NCBI GenBank assembly: GCA_965287045.1
Contig: OZ336897.1
Coordinates: 10,726,001 to 10,790,000, forward strand
Direction: 5' to 3'
From: Carcharhinus amblyrhynchos
Taxonomy: Eukaryota
DNA length: 64,000 nucleotides
Position numbers and translations under genes: made by a program. Below are positions 1-10,738 of this stretch, in pieces. Numbering within the stretch: position 1 is the stretch's first letter; every line of letters starts with the position of its first letter. The notes under the pieces were generated by a model. The model did not search any database. It was given only the letters and a program-made list of their open reading frames with translations, and had not been told where the DNA came from.

Positions 1-31
1 GTCTCCTGAAATCGCTGACCATTATCTGAAG
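1..31 (-). CDS. PIAS1: PIAS1 coding exon 3, 5' part (runs off the window start); PINIT domain
   Basis: Minus strand reads tatctttttcttccttaAG|CT TCA GAT AAT GGT CAG CGA TTT CAG GAG AC. With the G left by exon 2 this gives A-S-D-N-G-Q-R-F-Q-E-T, matching vertebrate PIAS1 ASDNSQRFRET. Polypyrimidine tract, AG at 33-32 and phase 1 all agree with exon 2. Confidence 0.93.
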
Positions 32-557
32 CTTAAGGAAGAAAAAGATATCTTGAGTTTACACTTTCTAAATTCTAAATGTAATTTGAGTGTGAGATTG
101 AAAGAAATAAACATATGGTGAAATTAGTTAGCTCAATCAATACTCTAATCTCAGTGGAATAATCTCTAACCAGTAGATTAACAACTGGCACATCAATTGG
201 TCAAAGAAGATTTATTGGCTACATGATCACCATTATTCACACAAAAAGCAACCTTTTCTCTTCGATAAGATGGCTATCTTGTAGAATTCATCTTCTCCTG
301 CTTGCCCTTTGCACCTCCAACATGATAAACAGGTTTATTTAGAACATTGGTTCCAAAATACTGTAGCAGAAAAGCAATACTGTACAATACATTTCTTTTG
401 GGAATCTGTTTGATAATCTCTTCAACTTGCTTCCAAGCCCACACAAATGGTAGAATCTATGCCATATCCGAGTATTGCTTAAATCAAGGTCTCCCAGGAA
501 AATAATCTCACTCTATAAAGACAGCAGACTGCTGAATATTCCACACTTCTAATAAAA

Positions 558-757
558 GAGATGCTGGCATTGGACTAGGGTGGGTGCAGTAGGAAGTCTC
601 ACAATACCAGGTTAAAGTCCAACACGTTTATTTGGTATCACAAGCTTTCAGAGTGCTGCCCCTTCATCAGGTGACTCATCTGAAGGAGCAGAACTCCAAG
701 AGCTTGTGATACCAAATAAACCTGCTGGACTTTAACCTGGTGTTGTGAGACTTCTTA
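558..757. mobile_element. Penelope-like (PLE) non-autonomous palindrome: two inverted pLTR arms plus a ~32-nt tail
   Basis: Arms ~590-673 and ~676-757 are reverse complements. The sequence matches the termini of the GIY-YIG-bearing elements at 9886-10738 and 51075-52383. Confidence 0.85.
636..675 (-). ncRNA. Minimal type I hammerhead ribozyme motif in PLE pLTR
   Basis: Minus strand TCAC-CTGATGA-AGGGGCAGCACTCT-GAAA-GC-TT-GTGA. It has stem I TCAC/GTGA, core CUGAUGA...GAAA, stem II AGGG/CUCU, palindromic AGCU in place of stem III and cleavage triplet CUU. Activity is untested. Confidence 0.7.
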
Positions 758-864
758 TAATAGAAAAGGAGGAATATTTTTCCACACATTCTTGTTATTG
801 AAATTCCAGTAGCAAACACTGATTAATGTCAGATCATGTTATATTCCCAAAATATTAGGGGTTG

Positions 865-1195
865 GGGAGGCAATGGTGTTGACATTGTTGCTGATTTCGT
901 AATCCAGAGGTCCTAGATGATGCTCTGGCTACCTGGGTTCATGACAGATGATGGAACTTGAATTCAAAATATCTGGAATTCAAAGTCTGATGCTAACCAT
1001 GAAACCATTGTCGATTGTTGTAAAAACCCATCTGGTTCACTATTGTTCTTTAGGGAAGGATATCTATCGTCTTCACCTGGCCTGGCTTATATGTGACTCC
1101 AGACCCACAGCAATGTGGTTGACTCTTAACTGTTCTCAAGAATGGGTAATAAATGCTGGCCCAGCTGGTGACAGGGACATCCCATGAATGAATCA
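865..1195 (+). mobile_element. tRNA-derived SINE whose 3' tail is shared with the LINE ends at 38405-38685 and 63835-63990
   Basis: Degenerate tRNA-like head and tail aataaatgctggccc...catcccatgaatgaa. Homologous copies lie at 38996-39382 and 48200-48535. Confidence 0.7.
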
Positions 1196-1517
1196 GAAAG
1201 AAAATCTACAGAATAGCAGTTTTTATTATAGGACCAGGTATTGCAGTCTCAAAAAATCAGCCGAGGATTTGCCTGTTGTTTACAAAGATGGGCACACAAG
1301 GAGGGCAAAAGTGGGCCAAAAATAAATAATCCCAACACAAAATTAAAGCACATGGAATGTATTATTAATTAAATTAGCATGACAATTTCAATGCTGAAAT
1401 ACAGAACTACCCAGGAGCATTTATAAACAGTACAATTATTACTGTTGATGTCATCACAATCTTTCAATTAAGTTAGTGTTCTGTAAATAATGTTTCTGGG
1501 GGGAGTTTCCAGAAGGG

Positions 1518-1912
1518 AAGATTATTTGGTATTGTCACAAGTAGGCTTACATTAATACTGCATTGAAGTTACTGTGATAAGCCCCTAGTCACCACACTCG
1601 TGTCTCTATTCGGGTACACTGAGGCAGAATTTAGCATGGCCAATGCACCTACCCAGCACGTCTTTCTGAGTATGGGAGGAAACCAAACCACCCAGAGGCC
1701 CACGCAGACATGGGGAGAACGTGCAGACTCCGCACAGACAGTGACCCAAATCAAATATCGAAACTGGCCCCCTGCTACTGTGAAGCATTACAATTGCTTC
1801 ACAAGTTTTTCATCTCCTTTGGCAAAGGATTAGAAGTCCAGGTTATATTGTGAATGCATTAACATAAGCGTAGAAATTAAAATGTACTACTAATCATTGT
1901 GCCACCGTGCCA
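1518..1912 (-). mobile_element. HE1-like V-SINE (alternative tail), interrupted by a ~100-nt insertion
   Basis: V-SINE core (cccacgcagacatggggagaacgtgcagactccgcacagacagtgaccc). The head breaks after tgtgaagca (~1787) and resumes at ~1885 (ctaatcattgtgccaccgtgcc). Confidence 0.85.
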
Positions 1913-2659
1913 ACCATAGGAGGAGAGATGGATACATTTTTATATTCAAGTTCAATGCTGACCAACAAGATGCAATGGAGTTTGCTGCCTTGAATCTCAG
2001 CTTTAAGCACTAAGTTGGCATGGAACAAGCTAAGGGTCAAGATTATTTTATTTATTGCCCAAATCCAGAAGCGAGTCATTCCTTATCAGCCATCCATGTA
2101 ACCTGAATGGGATCATCATGTTTTTGGCAACTTAATGCCAAGATTTCGTTGTCCTCGAGGAAGTTGACTATTTTTGGCACAGTATTGGCTGGCATGGCAC
2201 GTAAAGATTAAAAGCAGCTTTGCTCACAGAAAACCAAGTTCCAATTTATTTAATACAAATGTGACGGATCTTAGCAAATTTGGCTCTGACGTGTGATGGA
2301 GGAACCACACCATTCAACTACAACATTTCAATTTAACAGTTATTTAAATTTGTTCAGTCACAACGGCTTTTTAAAAGGTTTTTGAAAGTATTTATCAGCT
2401 GGCCTTGTTCAAATGAAGGAGTCCATCTGGAGCCTTCAAAGAGGGGGTTAGGCCAGACTGCTTCAAATGAAGGGCATAAAGAACTGCTAAGAAAAACTGC
2501 ACTATAATTTAGTGCAGTAGCCATGACTATTTGTTATTTTCTCGTCCCTCAAGTAAACAGTGAACAGCATTTATTTATTTCTTCCAATGCTCAATAAATT
2601 TGTTTGGCAGGTTAAAGGCTATGGCATAGTCTAGCAAACATTATTCAAGTCAAGGAAGA

Positions 2660-2995
2660 TCACGTGAGGACACTAGGAATAACTAGCCAGAGGGACCTTC
2701 TCATTTCTGAAAGGTCTAAAAGAATGAATTGTGAAAGGTAAATTGGTTAGAACCAAGGTGTCCAGTAAAAGAACAAAGGGGTAACTTGGAAGGCACTTAT
2801 TTATCTAGAACGTTATTAGAGCATAGAACACTTTACCACAGATGGCTACTGGGGAAGAAACTATTTAATTTAATTTGGATAAGTACTTGGAAATTAACAG
2901 CATGGGGGAAAGGGCAGAGAAATGGAATTAGTGTAGACATCTCCTGAACTAGCAGTATTACAGGAGTAATGAGCTGAACTGTGCTCTATAATTCA
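2660..2995 (+). mobile_element. Old, degenerate CR1 LINE 3' fragment
   Basis: Residual similarity to the CR1 ORF2 end and 3' UTR (tttggataagtacttg...ggggaaagggcagagaaatggaattag). Confidence 0.5.
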
Positions 2996-3037
2996 AACTA
3001 TGCTGGTGAGATTCAGGGAAGCAAACCTTGGGGTGTC

Positions 3038-3067
3038 ATAGAATTCTAATAGCTATTAGAATTCTAT
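3038..3067. repeat. Perfect 30-bp palindrome with no spacer
   Basis: atagaattctaatag|ctattagaattctat. Confidence 0.95.
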
Positions 3068-3929
3068 TAAAGCTCTGATAAAGTCCGATTTTATTATCTA
3101 TAGAAATTACTAGCACTTCCTCATTAAACTGTAAATTGAGTTTGTGTTCAAGTCTTAAATTGCAGCGTACTTTTAACAAATATTTAATGAAATGAATACA
3201 TCAGCTTCCATCAATTTTCACCTTAGTTATATTGTTATATCCATAAGGTGATAAAAAATAATTTTCTGGTAATTTTGTTGAAGGTTCCAAAAATTAATCA
3301 GTTTTATCTTTACAATGCTGGCTGTATATTTTCAGCATTTTTTGCATCTCTCTCTACTTAGTACATCCTTTTAACTGTAAATATTGAAATTTATTTATTG
3401 CAAAATATAAAGACAAGTAAACTCAACTATCACTTTAATTTCTACGGTTATGTTAATGCATTTGCAATATAACCTGGACTTCTAATCCTTTGCCAAAGGA
3501 AATAAGCAACTTGTGAAGCAATTGTAATGTTTCATATGTATGGCATTACACAAAAAACATTATGCCGCTTAGGGCTCCCAGAGGGATCCCAACTATAAAA
3601 CTCATTAGGAAAAGTCCTAGATGTAACATTAATGGACAATATGTTAGGAATAAAAACAGTGTGCTATTATATATTTTGGGAGGAACGACCCACACAGTAT
3701 AACATCTTCACCATCATGTCTGAGACAGTTCCTTAATTCTTGTAAGGATCCTACAAGAAATTAACCCAGTTCCTCGTAGCCAATGGTCCAGGTCCAAAAC
3801 AATCGCACTTCAATACCAGCAGTTTCAGAGAAGCCACTGGGTGGCTGATTATCAGAAATGAAAAATGACGGAACAATGGTTGCTTGTCAAGGGTTACTGG
3901 GATGCTTTGTTCTACACACAACCATTCTA

Positions 3930-4030
3930 AAATTAAAAGTAAAATACTGAGTGTGCTGGAAATCTTAAAAAAAAAACCCAAAATGCTGGAAAAGTTCAGC
4001 AAGTCTGGAAACATCTTTAGAGCAAGTATA
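3930..4030. mobile_element. Terminal fragment of a second, older Penelope-like family
   Basis: aaaatactgagtgtgctggaaatc...aaaatgctggaaaagttcagcaagtctggaaacatct. A reverse-complement relative lies at ~28840-28890. Family assignment is from recall. Confidence 0.45.
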
Positions 4031-4340
4031 GTCCATATGACCATTCACAGCTAATTCAGTTCATTCTAAAACAAACCGGTTACTTGTTTTTGTCAAAAAT
4101 GGGAAAGCATTCTGTTCCCAAGCAGAAACCTCACTCAGCTCAATAATCACAACTGGGAAATAGCCTTTTTTCCCTAATCAATCTAATTTCTTCATCAAGA
4201 ACTTGGTACTCCTGCAAGCAAGAGCCTACAGAAAGTTCAAGCTCCTCGCTAAATTAAAATCAACACAACAATAATAAAAATAATGGTATTTGCCAAATTC
4301 TGTGATAATGCAATGACGTAAACCTGGCATAACAAAATAC

Positions 4341-4433
4341 AGTAAGAAGTCTCTCAACACAGGTTAAAGTTCAACCTGGTGTTGCGAGACTCCTTACTGT
4401 GTTTACCCCAGTCCAACGCCAGCATCTCCACAT
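4341..4433. mobile_element. Collapsed PLE-derived hairpin element with 13-bp target-site duplication
   Basis: Outer pLTR ends fold back (agtaagaagtctctcaacacaggtt / aacctggtgttgcgagactccttact), followed by the pLTR tail. It is flanked by cataacaaaatac at 4328-4340 and 4434-4446. Confidence 0.85.
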
Positions 4434-4877
4434 CATAACAAAATACTGTTACTCGGCTGGACTTTGTAGAAGTAAAGTGCTCATTGTTACTTCTGTGGAA
4501 TTTGGACAGCAACTTTCAGTGACTGCAAATGCACAGTTAAATACAGAAGTTTGAAATTAGCTGCACAATACAATTTACTTCTCAAAACACTCCACTATAA
4601 ATGGTATATGTCATCTGACTCGCTGCTTAAGTAGCATGAAATGTCTGTAGTTAGCTGAGATATAGGAGCTAAACTTGCCAGAATTAGTTAGAGCTCATCC
4701 ATACCAGTGCAATCACCCTTTGACAGCCTGGTGAATTTTAAATTACTGCTAAGTAACTCCTCTGATACTGAAAATTACATTTAAAAGTGTGTGGGTTTCC
4801 ATTCCTTCAGATTTAAATTATTGTTGGAGATTTTAAAAAGCAGAAGTTTAGTTTTAAATAAAAAATCACTTCTTTCT

Positions 4878-5197
4878 GGGTGGCACAGCAGTTAGCACTG
4901 CTGCCTCACAGTACCAAGGATCCTGGTTCGATTCTGGCATCAGGTGATGTGTGAAGTTTGCAAATTCTCCCCATGTCTGCATTGGTTCCTCCAGGTATTC
5001 CTGTGTCCTCCCACAATTCAAAGATACGCAGGTTAAGTTGATTGACCATGCTGAATTGCCCCTTACCATCAGGAGGATTAGCAGAATAAATATGCGGGGG
5101 TTACAGGGATATATAGGGCCTGGGTGGGTTTGTCGTCAGTGCAGATACAATGAGCCAAATGGCCTCCCCCTTCACTTTAGTGATTCTATGATTCTAT
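4878..5197 (+). mobile_element. HE1-type V-SINE, full length, with CR1 (HER1-like) tail
   Basis: tRNA-like A/B boxes (tggcacagcagttagc; ggttcgattc), V-domain, and a tail ending gattctatgattctat. Confidence 0.88.
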
Positions 5198-6694
5198 AGA
5201 TCTGTCTCATCTTTTTTCTCTGAACCCCGTCTTTTTTCCTCTCATTTTATTTTGCTTTCTATCTCTGTATCAATGTTAAATTTAATATTCTGACACTTCC
5301 TGATTTAAATACTGCATTGCTCACTAATGACTCTACAGTCCAGTTGATTTAGGAGTTATAGAGCTCCTCGATGCCCATGGAGGGTGTGTACTATTGGGTT
5401 AATTTGCAGTAAGTTCCAGTGCAAAATCAGTGAGTTTAAGGGCACTGAAAGGTTGTTTGCCACAGAGAAAAACTCAATCTACCCCAATGGCATAGTCAAG
5501 AAACAACTATCGCATACTCAATTCTCCTACATTTTCCATTGTTTAAAAAGCCTCTGCTTTATGATGCCCATAAATAATTTGTTCTACCACTCTTTCGAAG
5601 CCACCACTACTTGCTTGGGTGGAATTCCAGCAGCAGTTCTCTTGCAACTTGGACAAACAGCCATTCTTCATGATGGGATCCAAAACAATAAATTATTTGA
5701 TGAAGGAAGCATCACAGTTTGGCATAACCCTTCGTTTTCCCTACATCCATTTTCATATTCTCCATTTAGCCATTGAAGTGTGACTGGAAATGTGAACTTT
5801 GATTCATGTTGCTGCCCAAAGTGGCATGAATGGCAAAGGTGAAAAATTATGCCAAGATGTTTCATAGAACATCACATCCAGCAGATGTAGTTTTCTCACA
5901 GAGAAGTGACAAGGTCTTTATTCTATTAGCCATTGATTTTACTCTGTGAAGATTTATTGCCCAAATACATATTTTGCCAATAAAGCTAATGCCCCTCACA
6001 TCTGACATCATGATTCAGGGACTGAAATATGGATAGTCAATCAAATTTCATTTCCAGTATTCCTTTGGCGACTGAACAAAATCACGCCTTTTCAGCAATC
6101 ACTGTGCAAGGTGTATTTCTATTTTGTTAGTGAAAGTAGATATATAAGATGACACCATTAGGATCAAAAAAGTTGTACCTTTACATCGATCTCCATGATT
6201 TATTCTTTATATCCTTCAATCCAAGCTCTCCAGAAACATATAGAATTATCTTAAACTTTTTCTTTGTCATTTCAAAGGAGCTCCTGGTGATGTATTCTAC
6301 AATTCTGTTTATCCTTCATCTAAAAATAATTCTACCTGGCTTAATTCCTTACTTTTAAAGCTTTACTGCGCCCTCAACTTAGTCCTTGTAACCCTGTGAA
6401 GAGAAATCACCCCTGCTCATGATGCTAAAATAATTTAGCAATAGTGTCAACCAACACGAACATGAGTATACTGGACTTTTCTCTCATCTGCAAAAACCAA
6501 GACTAAACCCATTACCTCAATGCCTGATCCACACTGTTTGTTTGTTTGGCTTGGGAACAATCATGTCAAGAATTCTGAATCTATCAATGCACTCCGATCC
6601 AAGCATCAAACAAACTGTACAATCATACTATAAATATATGAGAGCACGTCTCAGAATTCAAGTGAAAATCATTTGCAACACAAGATGATAAAAA

Positions 6695-7033
6695 GGTACG
6701 GATAAAGTAGAGTGGATGCTCCCACTGGTGGGGCATTGTAGGACGAGAGGTCATAGTCTTAGGATAAGAGGCAGCAAATTTAAAACAGGGTTGAGGAGAA
6801 ACTATTTTTCCAAAAAGGTTGTGAACCTGTGGAATTCGCTGCGCCAAAGTGAGGTGGATGATGGCATAGTGAGTAAATTTGAGGAGTTAGGCAGATTTTT
6901 AATTGGTAATAGGTTGAAGTGTTATGGGGAGAAGGCAGGAAAGTGGGAATGAGGAGCATATCAACTATGATCGAATGGCGGAGCAGACTTGATGGGCCAA
7001 ATGGCCTAATTCTATCCCTATATGTTATGAACT
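6695..7033 (+). mobile_element. CR1 LINE 3' end, 5'-truncated
   Basis: ORF 6716-6952 (RTRGHSLRIRGSKFKTGLRRNYFSKKVVNLWNSL) is the CR1 ORF2 C-terminus, followed by the 3' UTR and a tatgttatg tail. Confidence 0.9.
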
Positions 7034-8777
7034 ACTCTTCACAATCATGAGCAGAAAGCTAGCAAGACAGGCATTTCGTCAGAAGAAAAATCAGCACCAC
7101 TTCAGCATTGTATTTTATTTATAGAATTAAAAAATGCAAAGGGGACCTAAATAAAGTTTGTGTGGTTTTTTTCCAAAATAAATTTAGGATAAAATGCTAA
7201 GTGTTTCCTTTACAGGGTGGAGCACACTAAGTAACTATTTCCAAGACACTAGTAAATCTTTAAATATAGTGGAAGCCAACTTATTACCACCCATCCTTGA
7301 CAAGTTGCATGTGTCAAAATGCATTTCTGCTGGGAAACCATCTGTAGGCCATAAATGAGGAGGATTAAATAACAGGTTTTGTGAAAAGACTTAGTATTAC
7401 TATATTCGCAATGTTTTAAACAATTCAATTTTCTCCATTTAACTTTTAAAATCTCTTCACTCTCCCTTCCCTCTTGCTTTTCAGAAGGCACTGAAATTGC
7501 AGTACATCTCCATAGAGACCAACAGCCCTCTGGCTCCTTGTCCAAGTGACTATCATGACTGGAGAGTGTCAGCAGACTATACAAGTAGATTACAGCAAGC
7601 CACAATCCACATGCACACACACAAAATTTGCAAGGCTAGTGTAACACAAGACACAGACTACCTGCGCGACTGAAGAACGGCGGCTGCTGAAAACAGTATG
7701 CACAGGGACTGGGTCTGGATCACATAGGAAAAGTGACAGGTCTAAGTCATTTAGGCACAATCAAATAGTCACATTCATTGTGCGGAAATACATGGAAATT
7801 GGTCATCTTGAGGTACACAAGACAAATTGCCAGTGTCCATTTACACTAACCCTGTTATGTCAGCATATTTGGAAAAGAATATTGGCAGGGGAGGTGGGGA
7901 ATGAAACCTTACCTGTGGAACAAAACTGCACAACAATTTTGTTGACATCCAAAATCAAATATCTAACTAGAGAGCTATGATTAAACCCCCTTTTTAAAAA
8001 TATATTAGGTTACGCTTCCACAAGGAAGATCTCCTGAAAAAACCCAAAAGGCCTGCCGACAGGTCTTGCTGCAAGTATTAGAGAGTGACTTCAAGTGGCA
8101 TGTTTTCCAATAAACATGCTGGCAGGATTCCATGCAGAAACATGGAGACAGAGTCTCAAGTTACTGCTGATAGCAACATACTTTGCAATCTACCCATCCA
8201 CTATAAATAACTCGGGTGTTTAGTATCTCAACTCTTGAGCCTTATTGCTATCGGGAGTGCCATGTTCTCAGGGAACAAAGTCCTTGAAGTTGACTTGTGA
8301 CTTCTGTACAATCTCAATCTGACTATAAATGAATAAATTGCAGCAAAGAGGTACTTAGTTACACTCAGAGGTATCGAGGCAAGTGCCTCTATAGATTAAA
8401 AAAATTTCAAAGATGTACGAACAACCTGTAGTGAAAAAAGTACTAATTTTTAATTCACAAAATACAAGTGCCCACTCTGCAGAGAAAATATAAAGTACAC
8501 AATTCATACAATCCAGGAAACAAGGTACTGTACCACAGGACCAATAGTTTGAAACAAGGTTTTCCAACTGCAATCAGTACACTTCAGTTGGTTTGGGCTG
8601 ATACAAAGATTTATTTAGGACAAAAAATATAAACATCAACTAAAGTACTCCAGTTTCTCGTAAATTTTAAGTAACATAGACATTACAATCAATACAGATA
8701 GCACCCTCAAGATAAGGAGGCAAAATTTCTAAATTACAAAGTGACATGTGACTAAATGAAGCAATTTGGTTAAACGT

Positions 8778-9061
8778 TAAAGTTATTTACTATTGTCACA
8801 AATAGGCTTACATTAACACTACAATAAAGTTACTGTGAAGATTCCCCAGTTGTCACACTCTGGTACCTAGTTCAGGTACACTGCAGGAGAATTTAGCATG
8901 GCCAATACACCTAACCAGCATATTTTTCAGACTAAGAGGAAACTGGAGCACCTGAAGGAAACCCACACAGACACGGGGAGCATGTGCAGACAGTGACCCA
9001 AATGGGGAATTGAACTTGGGTCCCTGGCACTGTGATGCAGCAGTGCTAACCACTGTGCCAC
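8778..9061 (-). mobile_element. HE1-like V-SINE (alternative tail), full length
   Basis: tRNA head, V-domain and tail ...gtaagcctatttgtgacaatagtaaataacttta on the minus strand. Confidence 0.88.
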
Positions 9062-9885
9062 ATCAAATTTGAATAATATACATTCCTCCATAGCCAAAGC
9101 GTTGTTAGATCAGGACTCAAATGATCATGAAACAGAAAAACAGGACAGAATGAATTTGAAAAATCAGGAACTTTAAACCTCAGCAAGTTGGTTTGCTGGG
9201 TGGGAGGGGGCTGTTGTGGCTGGGGGCAGGAAGCAGAAGAGAGAAGTATAGAAGAATTGGGAAAATGCATCTCAAAAAAGGTCAATACTTGGCTCCATAT
9301 TTTCTAAATTTACAGTGAATTAAACACAAGTGATGATCATGACTTCACAAAAGTACATACTGGTATGTGACAATTAATGTACAAAAGATCACTATCCAGT
9401 CAATCCTGATAAATTCTCAGAGGGACACAAGATGATACAAGTAGAAATAAATTTAAGCAAGGAGTAAGGATGGCTAAAAGGGGTCATGAAAAAGCATTGG
9501 CCAGTAGGATTAAGGAAACTCCCAAAGCTTTTTTATACGCATATAAAGAGCAAGAGGGTAGCCAGGGAGAGGACTGGCCCACTCAAGGACTAGGGAGGTA
9601 ATGTGTGTGTGGAGCTAGAGGAAATGGGCTGATATTAAAATGAGTACTCTGTTTTAGTATTCACCAAAGAAAAGGACTTGGTGGATGGTGAATCCAGGAA
9701 AGGGTGTGTAGATAGTTTGAGTCATGTGGAGATCAAAAAGGAAGTGGTATTGGGGTTCTCGAGAAACATTAAGGTAGACAAGTCCCCAGGGCCTGATGGG
9801 AATACTCCAGAATACTGAGATAGACAAGGAGGAAATTGCTGGGACCTTGAGAAATCTTTATATCCTCACTGGCTACAGGGGAGAT

Positions 9886-10738
9886 GATGTGGATGTGCCA
9901 GCGTTGGACTGGGGTAAACACAGTAAAAAGTCTGACAACACCAAATTTTAGTCCAACCAATTTATTTGATAGTAAACTCACAAGCTTTCGAGGGGACTCC
10001 CTCTTTGTCAGGTGAATGGAGAGTTCTGGCCTTGGACAGAGCGTATAAAGCACAGACAGTTTACTGATTAGAATGCGAATCTTTACACCTAACCTGCTGT
10101 TCAAGTCCTAAAGTGGCCGTCAATGTGTGTGGAAGGAGCACTGATCACAAGTTAAAGAGATGTGTATGGTCTCCAGACAGCACAGTGAGTGAGGTTTTGC
10201 AAACCCAGGCAAGTCACGGGGGTTAGATAGTGCGACATGAACCCAAGATCCCTGTTGAGACCGTCCTCGTGTGTGAAACTTGGCTATCAGTCTCTGCTCA
10301 GCGACTCTGCGCTGTCGTGTGTCGTGAAGGCTGCCTTGGAGAACACTTACCCGAAGGTCAGAGGCTGAATGCCCGTGACCACTGAAGTGTTCACCAACAG
10401 GAAGGGAACAGTCTTGCCTGGTGACTGTCGAGCGATGTTCATTCATCCGTTGTCGTAGCGTCTGCATGGTCTCCCCAATGTACCATGCTTCGGGACATCC
10501 TTTCTTGCAACGTATCAGGTAGACAATGTTGGCCGAGTTGCAAGAGTATTTACCGTGTACCTGGTGGATGGTATTCTCACGTGTGATGATGGTATCCATG
10601 TCGATGATCCGGCATGTCTTGCAGAGGTTGCTGTGGCAAGGTTCTCCTGAGGAGAACAGTGACCACAACACCACACAACCTTGTGAGTTTACTATCAAAT
10701 AAATCGGTTGGACTAAAACCTGGTGTTGTCAGACTTTT
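9886..10738 (-). mobile_element. Penelope-like retroelement, 5'-truncated, with GIY-YIG endonuclease remnant, pLTR, short inverted arm and 12-bp TSD
   Basis: ORF 10120-10698 has CHSNLCKTC, NIVYLIRC...WYIGET, LRQRMNEH and VGEHF. The pLTR spans 9886-10020 and the inverted arm 10680-10738. TSD tacaggggagat lies at 9874-9885 and 10739-10750. Confidence 0.92.
9976..10017 (-). ncRNA. Hammerhead motif with mutated core (probably inactive)
   Basis: ATTCAC-CTGACAA-A-GAGGG-AGTC-CCCTC-GAAA-GC-TT-GTGAGT. Stem I is 6 bp and stem II is a perfect 5 bp, but core G8 is A. Confidence 0.6.

Noticed and set aside
2496-2518. 9-bp stem-loop actgcacta-taatt-tagtgcagt (similar short stems near 41385, 43431 and 60000)
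   Set aside because: Short enough to arise by chance in 64 kb.
1779-3536. DNA transposon bounded by ~105-bp TIRs
   Set aside because: No TSD or transposase, and the left copy sits inside a SINE that resumes directly after it, which a TIR model cannot explain.
4878-4945. tRNA-like sequences here and at 18657, 19909, 31149 and 50210-50290
   Set aside because: These are SINE heads. They lack a full cloverleaf and continue into SINE bodies.
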